Origin: Proteromonas lacertae
Taxonomy: Eukaryota
Direction: 5' to 3'
DNA: 55,101 bases
Assembly (NCBI GenBank): GCA_002245135.1
Contig: NGBS01001170.1
Coordinates: 124,001 to 179,101 of the forward strand
How positions within the stretch are numbered: the stretch's first letter is position 1; the number at the start of each line of letters is the position of its first letter. The position numbers and the translations under genes were made by a program. Shown here piece by piece: positions 14,401 to 25,745 of the stretch. The notes beneath the pieces are model-generated. The model saw only the letters and a list, made by a program, of their open reading frames with translations, made no database searches and was not told where the DNA came from.

Positions 14401-14500
14401 AATGTCTAGTAGAAATAAAAACTTTAGTGGAAGTGGAAGTATGTCATTGGAAGAATCGTTGTCTAACTTCTTAATGAAATATAAAAAATTCAATAAATAA
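11422..14500 (+). CDS. AHI1: Jouberin/AHI1-like protein (N-terminal C2-like region, WD40 repeats, Pro-rich tail), multi-exon
   Basis: Spliced motifs MVHIVNTTSGRYMKK, YILPISTMP, RVAWAFLKP, LRLQLY, YHSSL match AHI1 N-terminal motifs; WD40 motifs (ITASADCSI, WSPDGRYFIAGSED, WHPTEHML). Confidence 0.75.
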
Positions 14501-14754
14501 TATAATTGTGTTTGATTTTGTGTTGTGTTGCACTATAAAGAAGTGACAAATATCACATACACACTATTTGTTGGTTTGTAAAAGTAAAAATGAAATGAAA
14601 TGCTTTTTTATGATATCATAATACATTTATCAATTATATTATAGTAAATACGATTTTAAAATATGAAAATAAATACGAGTATGCAAATAAATTTTTGAAA
14701 TTTTTCTTTTTATTCAAGTGAAACGGCTATAAGTTTTATTCCTTTTTTCATCTA

Positions 14755-17091
14755 ATGCATTTTTTGATACTACTAGTGGTTATTTTATTATGCGGATGTA
14801 TTAGCTACGATGAATCTTTACTTTTTTGTGGTGTGCCGGATTATAAATACAGTGGCATAGAAGAATTGAAGCAAGATGTTAATAGTGTATTAATTCATAA
14901 GGATAGCCAACAATACTGTGCATCATCAATATCTTTAGCCAAATTTATAACTTTACAACTCTCAGAAGGACTTGCAACTTATCTAGTTAATTTGATCGAT
15001 ATAGGATTAAAAATATGTCCAGAAGAGATAATCAAGTGTTCAATTCATTCTCTTTGTGATTATTTATACAGAGCTCATAGCCAGGGATCATTAGCATTTA
15101 TTACACTTCAGATATGCAATGTTGATGTTCAATTAAGACCAAATGATTGGGAATCTTATTATCGTATAGGATCATTGTATCTTAATCTTCATGACATGAA
15201 AAGCTCTGAAACATTTTTACTCAAATCATATTCATTAAATCCATCATCTCACGCAGTATTATTCCTCCTAGGAAATTTATATACAACCCAACAGCTTCAA
15301 CCAGGTGAATATTATTATTATAAATCATTACTTGTAACAGAAAATATAACAACAAGTGAATTATCTTTAGTCTATACAAACACAGGTCATTTCAACATAT
15401 ATGCTAACCATCATATTAGAGCGAAAGAGTGTTATCAAGAAGCATTATATCACGAGAAAAATGAACAAAGTGAATTCTTCTTATGTGATAGAAAGCGTTC
15501 AACAGGTTCGTTTAAAGATTGGACTCAACTATGTCATGATGTAAAAAGAATAGTTAAAGATGCTAAAGAGGATAGTACACTAAGTCCTTATTTCCTATTA
15601 TTCTATCCAATGCCAGCAGATGGATTAAAGAAAATAGCTAAAGCTATATCAAGTAAAGGATTGCCAAGGATTGAACCATATCCAATGAATTATGATTTTT
15701 TTACTTATGTGATTAATCCAAATAATAGAATTGTTAAACAGTTAAGTATTGGTTATTATACTAGAGATTTTAGTGGAACTCATCCGATGTGTTTATTGAC
15801 TACAGGAATGATACAGAATCATAATTTGAACTTTATAAATGATGTAATATATAATTACAATAAAAATCCAGAAGATTCAAATTGTTTTAGAAAAATCAAA
15901 GATAATTCATTTGAATATAAAGATATAAGCAATTTAACAAATGATGATATAATTAGAACAATCAGAAATGATAATATTGAGATATTAATCGAGTTAATGG
16001 GTCATACACAAGCCAATAGGAATGATGCATTAGCTGTTGCTGCTGCTCCAATTCAAGTGACTTATTTAGGATATCCTGGTACAACTGGTTCACCATATAC
16101 TCAATATAATATGGTTGATAAATATATCTTACCACCAGAACATGCTGATGAAGTAACTGAGAAGATTGTTTATGTTCCTTTTACTTATCAAGTGAATAAT
16201 CATTTCACAAGAACATCATTTTGTGGAACTTCAATCAAATGTAAGAATTACTTAAGAAAGTTGAATGGACTACCAACTGACAAATTTATATTTACATCAT
16301 TCAATACTCAGCATAAAATAGATGCAGATGCTTTTAGATTATGGATAACGATATTGAGGAGAGTTCCAAACTCTATTTTATGGTTATTAGATGCTGAAAA
16401 TGAAAGTCATCGAAAGAATTTATTAAATGAATTTATAAGTGGTGGAGTAAGTTCTAATCGAATATATTTTGCTAATCATATAGATCGAAATAAGCATTTG
16501 ATGAGAATAGCAGCTGCTGATCTATTTTTAGATAATTTCCGATATGGAGCTCATACAACAGCTAGTGATGCTTTATGGTGTGGAGTTCCTGTTTTAACTC
16601 GAGAAGGTGAACTATTTGCAAGTCGAGTTGGAAGTTCGTTTTTACGAAATTTAGATTTATCGATGTTATTAGTGTATAATGAAAAAGACTATTATAATAA
16701 AGCGATTGAGATTGGTTTAAATTCAAAACTATATATAAAAATTCGAAATGAGCTAAGTAAAGTGATTTTAAGAGGAAGTGTAAATGATAAATGGTTAAAT
16801 AGTCGAGGAAATGAAGTAAGTTACTATTTGATGTGGGAAGTTTATAGTTTATTAAAACCTTGTTTTAATATAATCGTGAATAATGAATATAGTTTATTAA
16901 AAGATAGTCCAAATTTAAAACGAAAAATGATAAGTAAACTGAACTACAGTGATTTAATCATGAATGAAAGTCCAATTCTGAGTGAAAACATCTTGGTTCG
17001 TTTATTGTACAGTAGTTATAAAGATGATAGAATGAAAAAGAAAATATATGAAAGATTATCAAATTTAAAATCCCTTCAATCTAATAATTAA
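14755..17091 (+). CDS. OGT/SEC-like GT41 glycosyltransferase with TPRs and a hydrophobic N-terminal signal peptide, copy 1 (intronless)
   Basis: APIQVTYLGYPGTTG, FNTQHKID, LRRVPNSILWL, ADLFLDN..YGAHTTASDALWCGVPVLT, FASRVGSS; N-terminus MHFLILLVVILLCGC. Confidence 0.9.
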   Translation: MHFLILLVVILLCGCISYDESLLFCGVPDYKYSGIEELKQDVNSVLIHKDSQQYCASSISLAKFITLQLSEGLATYLVNLIDIGLKICPEEIIKCSIHSLCDYLYRAHSQGSLAFITLQICNVDVQLRPNDWESYYRIGSLYLNLHDMKSSETFLLKSYSLNPSSHAVLFLLGNLYTTQQLQPGEYYYYKSLLVTENITTSELSLVYTNTGHFNIYANHHIRAKECYQEALYHEKNEQSEFFLCDRKRSTGSFKDWTQLCHDVKRIVKDAKEDSTLSPYFLLFYPMPADGLKKIAKAISSKGLPRIEPYPMNYDFFTYVINPNNRIVKQLSIGYYTRDFSGTHPMCLLTTGMIQNHNLNFINDVIYNYNKNPEDSNCFRKIKDNSFEYKDISNLTNDDIIRTIRNDNIEILIELMGHTQANRNDALAVAAAPIQVTYLGYPGTTGSPYTQYNMVDKYILPPEHADEVTEKIVYVPFTYQVNNHFTRTSFCGTSIKCKNYLRKLNGLPTDKFIFTSFNTQHKIDADAFRLWITILRRVPNSILWLLDAENESHRKNLLNEFISGGVSSNRIYFANHIDRNKHLMRIAAADLFLDNFRYGAHTTASDALWCGVPVLTREGELFASRVGSSFLRNLDLSMLLVYNEKDYYNKAIEIGLNSKLYIKIRNELSKVILRGSVNDKWLNSRGNEVSYYLMWEVYSLLKPCFNIIVNNEYSLLKDSPNLKRKMISKLNYSDLIMNESPILSENILVRLLYSSYKDDRMKKKIYERLSNLKSLQSNN

Positions 17092-17117
17092 ATGTTTAGT
17101 TATTTATTAGTCATTAT
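16129..17117. repeat. Left arm of ~1 kb inverted repeat (3' half of OGT copy 1; partner 18818-19806)
   Basis: Near-identical to the reverse complement of 18818-19806 except an island at ~16305-16405. Confidence 0.93.
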
Positions 17118-17257
17118 ATGTTGTTTAAAGGTTAAAAATACAACTACTTCAAATGTAAAGTTAAAAAATGAATAATTGATTTGACAGTAATCAAACCTAT
17201 ATTATTTATAATTATTTTTTTTTCACATTGTTAAGGAATTTACCATATCAGAAATTA

Positions 17258-18774
17258 ATGTCATTTGGCAAACAAAGGCTTGCTATAATACTTGGAACGA
17301 CGGGTATATATTCAATTGACATATTTAGGTGTTGGCAAGACCAAGTTATCTTTAGAAGTAGCAAGAGCATTAAATGGTGAAATTGTAAATGCAGATGCTA
17401 TGCAAATGTATAAAGGACTAACAGTAGCAACTGCTAAAGTATTTCTTGATATGTTATATTTAGATAAAAGATGAAGAAATGTTAGGTATACCGCATCATC
17501 TATTAAGTGTTTTAAATTATAATGAGACATGTTCTGTAAGAGATTATAGAGATAGAGCAATGGAAGTTATATCCTTTTTTGTTAAATATGTCTAATGATT
17601 ATAACCACCTTAATCAATTCAAATTAAAGATATAAATGAAAGAAACAAACTCCCTATTCTAGTTGGTGGAACAAATTACTATATTCAGTCACTTCTATAT
17701 GAAAGTCTGATGGATGAAACAGAAGACTCAACAAACGCAATAAAAACAATAGAAATAGCAGATAAATACTATAAAATGCAACAAGAAAATCCATCTCAAT
17801 TATATCAAGAATTATTAAAAATAGATCCAATAATGGCAAATAAAATCCATCCAAATGATTATAGAAAAATAAGAAGAAGTTTAGAAATATATGAATCAAC
17901 AGGCATTCGTCAAAGTGATCATATAATTAAACAATTAGAGAGAAATAAGAAAGAGCAACCGAGGTATAATGTAAGATGTATTTGGTTAACATGTGATATG
18001 GAAATACTTCATAAAAGATTAGATAATAGAGTTAATAGTATGATTAAAGATGGTTTAATTGATGAAGTTAAATCGCTGTGGAATACATATACTGGTTATC
18101 AAGACTTGGGATATCTAACAGGTAAAAGTATAGTTGATAAAAGGAAAGAAGAAGAAGAAGGAAAAGATGATGATGATGATGATAGAAAATCTGTTGGTTC
18201 TGTTTCTTCATCTTATTCCTCAGATTCAACTGGTTCTAGTGATGAAAAGATAATAAAAACAACTCAAGGAATATGGCAATCGATAGGGTTAAAAGAATTC
18301 AAACCGTTATTTGTAAATGGAGATGAATCTGCTAATAAAGAATTGTTGGATAAGTGCATAGAAAAAGTAAAGTCAAATACATATCAATATGCTAAGAAAC
18401 AAATCAGTTTTATCAATAGACGATTCTGTGAAAGAAATTTACCCATTTTAAAATGTGATACAAGTGATTTAGATAAATGGAATGAGAATGTTACAATTCC
18501 TGCTATTAAATATTTAAATGATTTATTTAATACAGCAGATACACCAATTCTTCCTCCTCCTAAGTTAGATTTAGATCCAAGAACTGCTGAAAGACATTAC
18601 TGTGAATATTGTGATAAATTATTGGTTGGTAAACAACAATGGGAATGTCATATTAGTAGTAATAAACACAAGAAAAGGAAAAGTAATCAAATTAAAAATA
18701 AAGACAATCCTCATTATCCTGGTAATAAAAAAAGAAAGATAGAAGATAAAAGAAATGAAATAGATAAGAAATAG
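17258..18774 (+). CDS. TRIT1: tRNA dimethylallyltransferase (tRNA isopentenyltransferase) with C-terminal zinc finger
   Basis: [75 protein letters not shown]. Confidence 0.95.
17569..17622 (+). other. U12-type intron, AT-AA, phase 0, 54 nt (TRIT1)
   Basis: Consensus U12 donor ATATCCTTTT; branch CCTTAAT 8 nt before the 3' end; splicing gives [16 protein letters not shown], colinear with TRIT1-family RATAL-IEDI. Confidence 0.88.
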
Positions 18775-18817
18775 TATTATTTTGTATATTATTTTGTTTT
18801 TTAATTAAAGTTAAAGA

Positions 18818-19806
18818 ATAATGACTAATAAATAACAAAACATTTAATTATTAGATTGAAGAGATTTTAAATTTGATAATCTTTCATATATTTTCTTTTT
18901 CATTCTATCATCTTTATAACTACTGTACAATAAACGAACCAAGATGTTTTCACTCAGAATTGGACTTTCATTCATGATTAAATCACTGTAGTTCAGTTTA
19001 CTTATCATTTTTCGTTTTAAATTTGGACTATCTTTTAATAAACTATATTCATTATTCACGATTATATTAAAACAAGGTTTTAATAAACTATAAACTTCCC
19101 ACATCAAATAGTAACTTACTTCATTTCCTCGACTATTTAACCATTTATCATTTACACTTCCTCTTAAAATCACTTTACTTAGCTCATTTCGAATTTTTAT
19201 ATATAGTTTTGAATTTAAACCAATCTCAATCGCTTTATTATAATAGTCTTTTTCATTATACACTAATAACATCGATAAATCTAAATTTCGTAAAAACGAA
19301 CTTCCAACTCGACTTGCAAATAGTTCACCTTCTCGAGTTAAAACAGGAACTCCACACCATAAAGCATCACTAGCTGTTGTATGAGCTCCATATCGGAAAT
19401 TATCTAAAAATAGATCAGCAGCTGCTATTCTCATCAAATGCTTATTTCGATCTATATGATTAGCAAAATATATTCGATTAGAACTTACTCCACCACTTAT
19501 AAATTCATTTAATAAATTCTTTCGATGACTATCACCTTTTGTTCCTTGTAACCACAATATAGAGTTTGGAACTCTCCTTAGAATAGTAATCCATAATCTA
19601 AAAGCATCTGCATCTATTTTATGTTGGGAATTGAATGATGTAAATATAAATTTGTCAGTTGGTAGTCCATTCAACTTTCTTAAGTAATTCTTACATTTGA
19701 TTGAAGTTCCACAAAATGATGTTCTTGTGAAATGATTATTCACTTGATAAGTAAAAGGAACATAAACAATCTTCTCAGTTACTTCATCAGCATGTTCTGG
19801 TGGTAA
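18818..19806. repeat. Right arm of ~1 kb inverted repeat (3' half of OGT copy 2)
   Basis: Reverse complement of 16129-17117. Confidence 0.93.
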
Positions 19807-21251
19807 TACAAATCTATCAGCCATTAAATACTGAATAAAACTAGCACCAGTAGTTGCAGGATATCCTAAATAAGTCACTTGAATTGGAGCACCTCTGTTA
19901 TTCATAGCACCAACTCTATTTTGATAAGTATATCCCATAATATCAATCAAAATATCAACCGATTGATTTCTTATATAACTCATTAATTCTGCATCTGGAA
20001 ATTCTCCTACTTTACTATTCAAATAATAAAACATATATATATATATATATATACTGATATTCAAACGCTGTTTGTCTTACTCTAGTTTCACAATCTAAAG
20101 ATATAATGTTTGTATTATAATTAAATATCAAATCTTCAACAAATTTCGTGTGATGGTTTTCTATCATTCCACAAGTTAATAAACACATAGGATGTTCTTC
20201 AGTAAAATCTCTACTATAATAGCCAACTCTTAATGGTTTAATGTTTCTATTTCTTGGATTGATATTCTGTAATACATCATCAGGATTTATAGGATATTTT
20301 CTTTCAAATGTAACTTCTCTTCTTGAAACATACTCTATCACTTTTCTCAAACCATCTCGACGTAATGGATAAAACAATAAATTATAGGGCGTTAAAGATG
20401 TTCCTTCTTTAGCATTGTTTACTAACTCTTTAGTTTCATGACAAATAAAATCCCAATCTTTAAATGAACCTGTTGATCTGGCTATATCAACTACAAAACT
20501 TCTTGATAATTCTGAAGATTCTAATATTTCTGATTCTTTATGAGTTAACAATGCTTTTTGTGATTCACCTGAATAATAATAGAATGATGCTAAGTTAGTA
20601 TAGATATCTCTTCCTATTTGTTTAGTAGGAAGATGAAATAATGCTTTATAATAAAAATTTTCAGCAACAATTAAGTAGTTTCTTACCATATGGTTTCCAA
20701 GATAGAAATATGCCTATTAATATGAAAATAATATGGTATACTTCATATCGTGTTGAATTTAATTCTATTGCTTTATATAAATACTTGATATTGAGAGTTT
20801 TTGAATCAATCTCTGAAGCTATTTTGCCATATAAAAGATTATCATCATATGAATTACTATTCACTTCTGCATTTGTCTTACAAACAGCTTCTGTTGTTGC
20901 AACGTTGTTTTTAAAATGCTGATAATAAAGAATCAAACACATATTTCTGATTAAACACTTTCTTATATCAGGAGTACATCTTTCATTTGAAAAATTATAT
21001 AGAGCAAATAGTTTGTCTCTCATTTCGTGATTGTAGTTATGCGAAATAAAAATTGCTAAAGAGACAGCGTTAGAACATTCCATTTTCATATTTGGATTTA
21101 TTGTCATCTCTAAATCTTTATTAAACTGATCTAATGACACAAAATTGTATTCAGACATTCCACAATATGCATTTTCTAATTTCAGAGCTCCTATAGAACA
21201 TATAAACACTGTCATAATAACAAGCGGATGCACATGGGACAATATATTCAT
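18844..21251 (-). CDS. OGT/SEC-like GT41 glycosyltransferase with signal peptide, copy 2 (2 introns)
   Basis: Three ORF pieces join through GT-AG introns at ~20715-20742 and ~20016-20054; same catalytic motifs as copy 1; hydrophobic N-terminus MNILSHVHPLVIMTVFICSIGAL. Confidence 0.88.
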
Positions 21252-21324
21252 TTTAATACAATATAGATTTGACAAGCTTTTTGATTTGAAAATAGTGTTT
21301 TTGATTTTTCTAAACAACCATACA

Positions 21325-22962
21325 TAAGATATGTCTGAATACCCTACTAAACGAAAATACAATAGTATATCAATGAATGAAGAAAATAGTATAACAGTTT
21401 CAATTCTTAATTCAATAGTTTCTTTAAAAGTGTTGAAACAAACAAATGAAAGAAATGAAATAAAAGAAAAACAAACTAATACAAAAGGAAAATCTCGCTC
21501 AATCCCTCTAAAAGAACTACATTGTCCTTATGATTCTTGTGGTTTTGTTGTTCTATATCCACATGAATTAGTGAATCATTTAGAAGAACATATTAGTAGA
21601 ATTGAGAGTAAACATCCGATAGAATCAAGTAATGAGAGTGTAATTCAAATAGTTCATCCAATAGTGACAAATAACAAAAACAATGAAGAAAATAATCATC
21701 CTAAAACTCAAATACATGGCAACAACAATAATGATATAGTATTACCAGTAGAACCTCCTCCAAAACCATCATTCTCAAAAGAAAAAGAAAATAATGGATA
21801 TGAATATAAAAAGAATGAAATTGAAGATGACAATAACAGTTTATATGAATGTGATGATAATAATGGTGTATATGAATGTAAAAACTGTGGTTATATAACA
21901 AAACGAAAAGATCATTTATATCGTCATTCAAATAAACATATTAGTAATGAAGAAAAGCCATATAAATGTAAAAACTGTGAATTTGGTACAACGAATGGAA
22001 GTTATATAAAAAATCATGTAGAGAAACACAATGAAGATAATCATATATTAAACTGTCCTCACTGTGATATGAAGTTGAGTAAATTAATAGAATTATCAAA
22101 TCATTTAAATGAAAATCATGAAATGTTTAATGAATATTACAGTTCATTAAATGATGGAATTGAATTGAAATGTAATTATTATGAATGTGAAGAGATAAGT
22201 AATTCCAATGAAGATTATGTAATCCATTTATCTAGTCATTTTGATGAAAATGAGAAAATGAAATGTATTTATAAAGAATGTTCATTTATAAGTAACAATG
22301 AAGAAATATTAATAAAACATATTGAAAATGATCACAATAACGAAATAAGTATAAATTGTCCAGAGAATGACTGTAATTACCATATAATGTCAAAGAAACT
22401 GATGTTAGAACATTTAAAAGAATTTCATTATAATGAAAATGATCGAAATCATTGTTCTGTTGAGAATTGTGATTTTATCTCAAATAATATCAATATATTG
22501 GTAAAACATCGATTATTGAATCATATGGATTATAAGATATATTTATGTAAAAATTGTGATTATAAAGCTAAAAATCCATCTACATTAAAAACTCATTTAC
22601 AAAGTCATATGAATAAATCAAACAATAATAATGTTAATAATAATAATAATACAAAAGAAAAGAAGAATAAAGTATATAAATGTGAAATTCCAAATTGTAT
22701 ATACAAAGGAACAAGAAAATACAATTTAATACTACATTATAAAACTCATGCAAAATATCTTCAATTATATGAATCCAATAAAATCCAACCTAATTCTTCA
22801 TATCTTCCTGTTCATCTTCCATTTGTTGAATTTAATAACTCAACTGTAAATACAAGCAAATAATAATATTATTTATTTCTAAATTGTGTTTTAATTTCAC
22901 TCATTTAACAACAAAAACATTAATAACACATAAATATGGCAAAAATAAATTAATTTAAATAA
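21325..22962. repeat. Right arm of ~1.64 kb inverted repeat
   Basis: Reverse complement of 9678-11316. Confidence 0.93.
21331..22863 (+). CDS. Multi-C2H2 zinc-finger protein, copy 2 (intronless, 510 aa)
   Basis: About 97% identical to copy 1; head-to-head with OGT copy 2 (80 bp between ATGs). Confidence 0.9.
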   Translation: MSEYPTKRKYNSISMNEENSITVSILNSIVSLKVLKQTNERNEIKEKQTNTKGKSRSIPLKELHCPYDSCGFVVLYPHELVNHLEEHISRIESKHPIESSNESVIQIVHPIVTNNKNNEENNHPKTQIHGNNNNDIVLPVEPPPKPSFSKEKENNGYEYKKNEIEDDNNSLYECDDNNGVYECKNCGYITKRKDHLYRHSNKHISNEEKPYKCKNCEFGTTNGSYIKNHVEKHNEDNHILNCPHCDMKLSKLIELSNHLNENHEMFNEYYSSLNDGIELKCNYYECEEISNSNEDYVIHLSSHFDENEKMKCIYKECSFISNNEEILIKHIENDHNNEISINCPENDCNYHIMSKKLMLEHLKEFHYNENDRNHCSVENCDFISNNINILVKHRLLNHMDYKIYLCKNCDYKAKNPSTLKTHLQSHMNKSNNNNVNNNNNTKEKKNKVYKCEIPNCIYKGTRKYNLILHYKTHAKYLQLYESNKIQPNSSYLPVHLPFVEFNNSTVNTSK

Positions 22963-23006
22963 CTTATTATTAGTAAACAACGAACTCTTAATCATTTGAT
23001 AAAAAA

Positions 23007-23461
23007 CTATAATTGATTAATATGATATGCACTACAGAAATAAACAAATACTATTTTATACCAATAACTACCATCAGAACTTACAAAACAAATATAGGAA
23101 TCTGGAAATGATGTTATCCTATTAAATAATATAATTTCATACTGATTGGATGTTAATGTCACAGAATCTGGTATAGGAAATACTATAATATTTTTCTCAC
23201 TAATGTCAACTTTTTTCTTCCTTCTGTTTCTTACTATTGATTTCTGTCTGTCACCTTGAATAGCGTAGAGATTTATAGCCGAATAGTCTATAATTTTAAT
23301 ATTGGACCATTCAGAATTGTGTAATAGGCTATCATATACCTAATTTATAAAATAAAATTCAATACTATAAATAATGAGTCGTTTTGCATTGGATATTTGG
23401 AATATATCTTTTTAAAATTCTCAATTGCTTCTATCTTTTCTAGATAATGTGAATAAAGCAT
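23007..23461 (-). CDS. Sen15-like tRNA-splicing endonuclease subunit (needs one 1-nt frameshift near 23245)
   Basis: Spliced translation VYDSLLHNSEWSNIK..IIVFPIPDSVTLTS..YICFVSSDGSYWYKI resembles the Sen15 pattern; absent from the ORF track. Confidence 0.5.
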
Positions 23462-23537
23462 TTTAAAATCTATAAATATGGTTATACGAAACCGATCTTT
23501 TCGGAGCACCAACATCTCTTTCATTTTTCAAAAACAA

Positions 23538-25695
23538 ATGAATTCTGGCACATTGGCTGATTTTATTCAGCGTTTAATGCAAAGCGGATTGGACAATTCT
23601 GATGAATACAACTCATATGTAATTGATTTTTTATTTATTTTCTGATATAGATATACGGCGATCAAGAAGATGAACAATTATCATCAGATTACAATGCAAT
23701 AAAAGACAAATTTATTGCTGAAGTATTTATTGAGTATTTATGCTTTAGTTACCACAAGATACGAAAGAAAAGCCAGAAGAAGGTGAAACTACATCACAAA
23801 CTGACTCTACACCAGAATTACCACAAGAAGTATTATTAACCCCACATATATTGAATAGGTTGAAGAGAAATTGAAAAAAGTGTATCTAGTCCTTCTTTTG
23901 AGAAAACAATCTGTTTCATTCACCAATCAATTCTTAGATACACTCAGAACAGTATTTAGTTAGTATGTTATATCTCATTAGGATGATGGTATGAAATCAT
24001 TTATTGAGTTTTTGTTCCAAGAACCAATAGATTATGAATCATTAAAATTAACACCACCAGATGGAAATGAAAATGGAAAGATTATCTCATCAAGTAATGA
24101 GTTATTTCACATATTCCACATCTCCCTATTCATTCATTGATTTATTAAGATATAATGGAACTTTAGCATCTCAACTTCTTATAAAGAAAGTAATTGAAGA
24201 TAAAGAGAACAAGTTAAACTACTACCATATCTTAGCAGTAATGAAAGTATTATTATGTTATTCATTTGAAAAAACATACGTTGAAATTTCTAAAGATTTT
24301 ATTTTACACTTATTCGATTTGTGTGAGATGTCACCAGTAAAAGAGTTTATTAGTTATCTATTCTCTCCAGATATTGATGATGAGAATAAAGATGCTATTA
24401 CTCGTCAAAGATTAGATTATGAATCAAGATTAAATGAATGGAGAATAATGCCTGAGATGATGAGTAGAATTTACGAGTATATATATCTATTATTATTATT
24501 ATATTAATAGTTATGAAAATACAAATAATACATTAGAAAAGATGGAATCAATGTGTGATGTATTTATTGAGACAGTAAAGAAGTTATTAAGTGATGGAAT
24601 AGAAGGAATGTTAGTGGAAGAAATGTGTGATGAACAATCTATTCATGGATTAATCAAGGCAATTGTATGTGGTAAAGAACTTGGTGCTCCAGCTAGTAAA
24701 TGTTTATCAGAGCTACTCACTATAATGGAAAGTGAAAATGTAGATGGACCTGCTCCAATATATCAGACATTTGCTACTGCAATTTGTGTTAGAGTATTTA
24801 TATATTATTATTATTATTAATAGATACCAAATCAAATCCATAAGCATTTACCAATCTATCATCAATATATTGCTTCAAAGTTTACATTATTAAAAGAGTT
24901 TTTATTGGCATTCCCACAACCAGTATTACCACCACATTATGCAACAGCTACTCCATTAATAGCGACAATGCATAATCCAAATATTATATTACCCAACTTA
25001 GTATTAGATGATCAAGATTCTATTATAGCCAAACATGAATCTCATAACTTGATGAGAAATATAAGTAACAGCAGTAGTAACAGTAGTAATGATGAAGAGA
25101 ATAATAATAATAATAATAATACTGAAGATATACCAAAAGCACCAGCTGGATAGTAGTGAATCTGAACCACCACCATTACCCACTGTTATTGATACAGCAG
25201 CAGAGAATACAACAAAGAAAGAAGAAGGAGAAGGAGAAGAAGAAAAACCTAAAGAAGGAGGAGAAGTAAGTGTTGATACTTCATTAGATACAACTACTCC
25301 AGTCAAAGATAACAATGACAAATCACTAAGTCCAATAACACCCATCCGTAAGAGTATCAGTTCAGCTGACAGCAGTCAATTATTAGAGAAGATGGAAGAT
25401 GAAGATTTTGAACAACCACCATTTACTATATTAAGATTAGAATTATTGACTATAATAAACAGTGTAGTTCAAACAAAGCCTGAATTATTAAGTGAATTTG
25501 GTGTAGAGTTATGGAGTGTATTGAGTGATTGGTTAGTTTTATATCCTCATAATAATATGTATCACAGCATATTTACTACTATTTATATTGCTGCTTTGAA
25601 ATATAATCCAAATGCTATTCAAACATTAATCAATGAATGTAAGTTTTGGAATAAATTATTACCTTATTATCATCGTTATGGTCCATTTGTGTATA

Positions 25696-25745
<50 letters not shown>

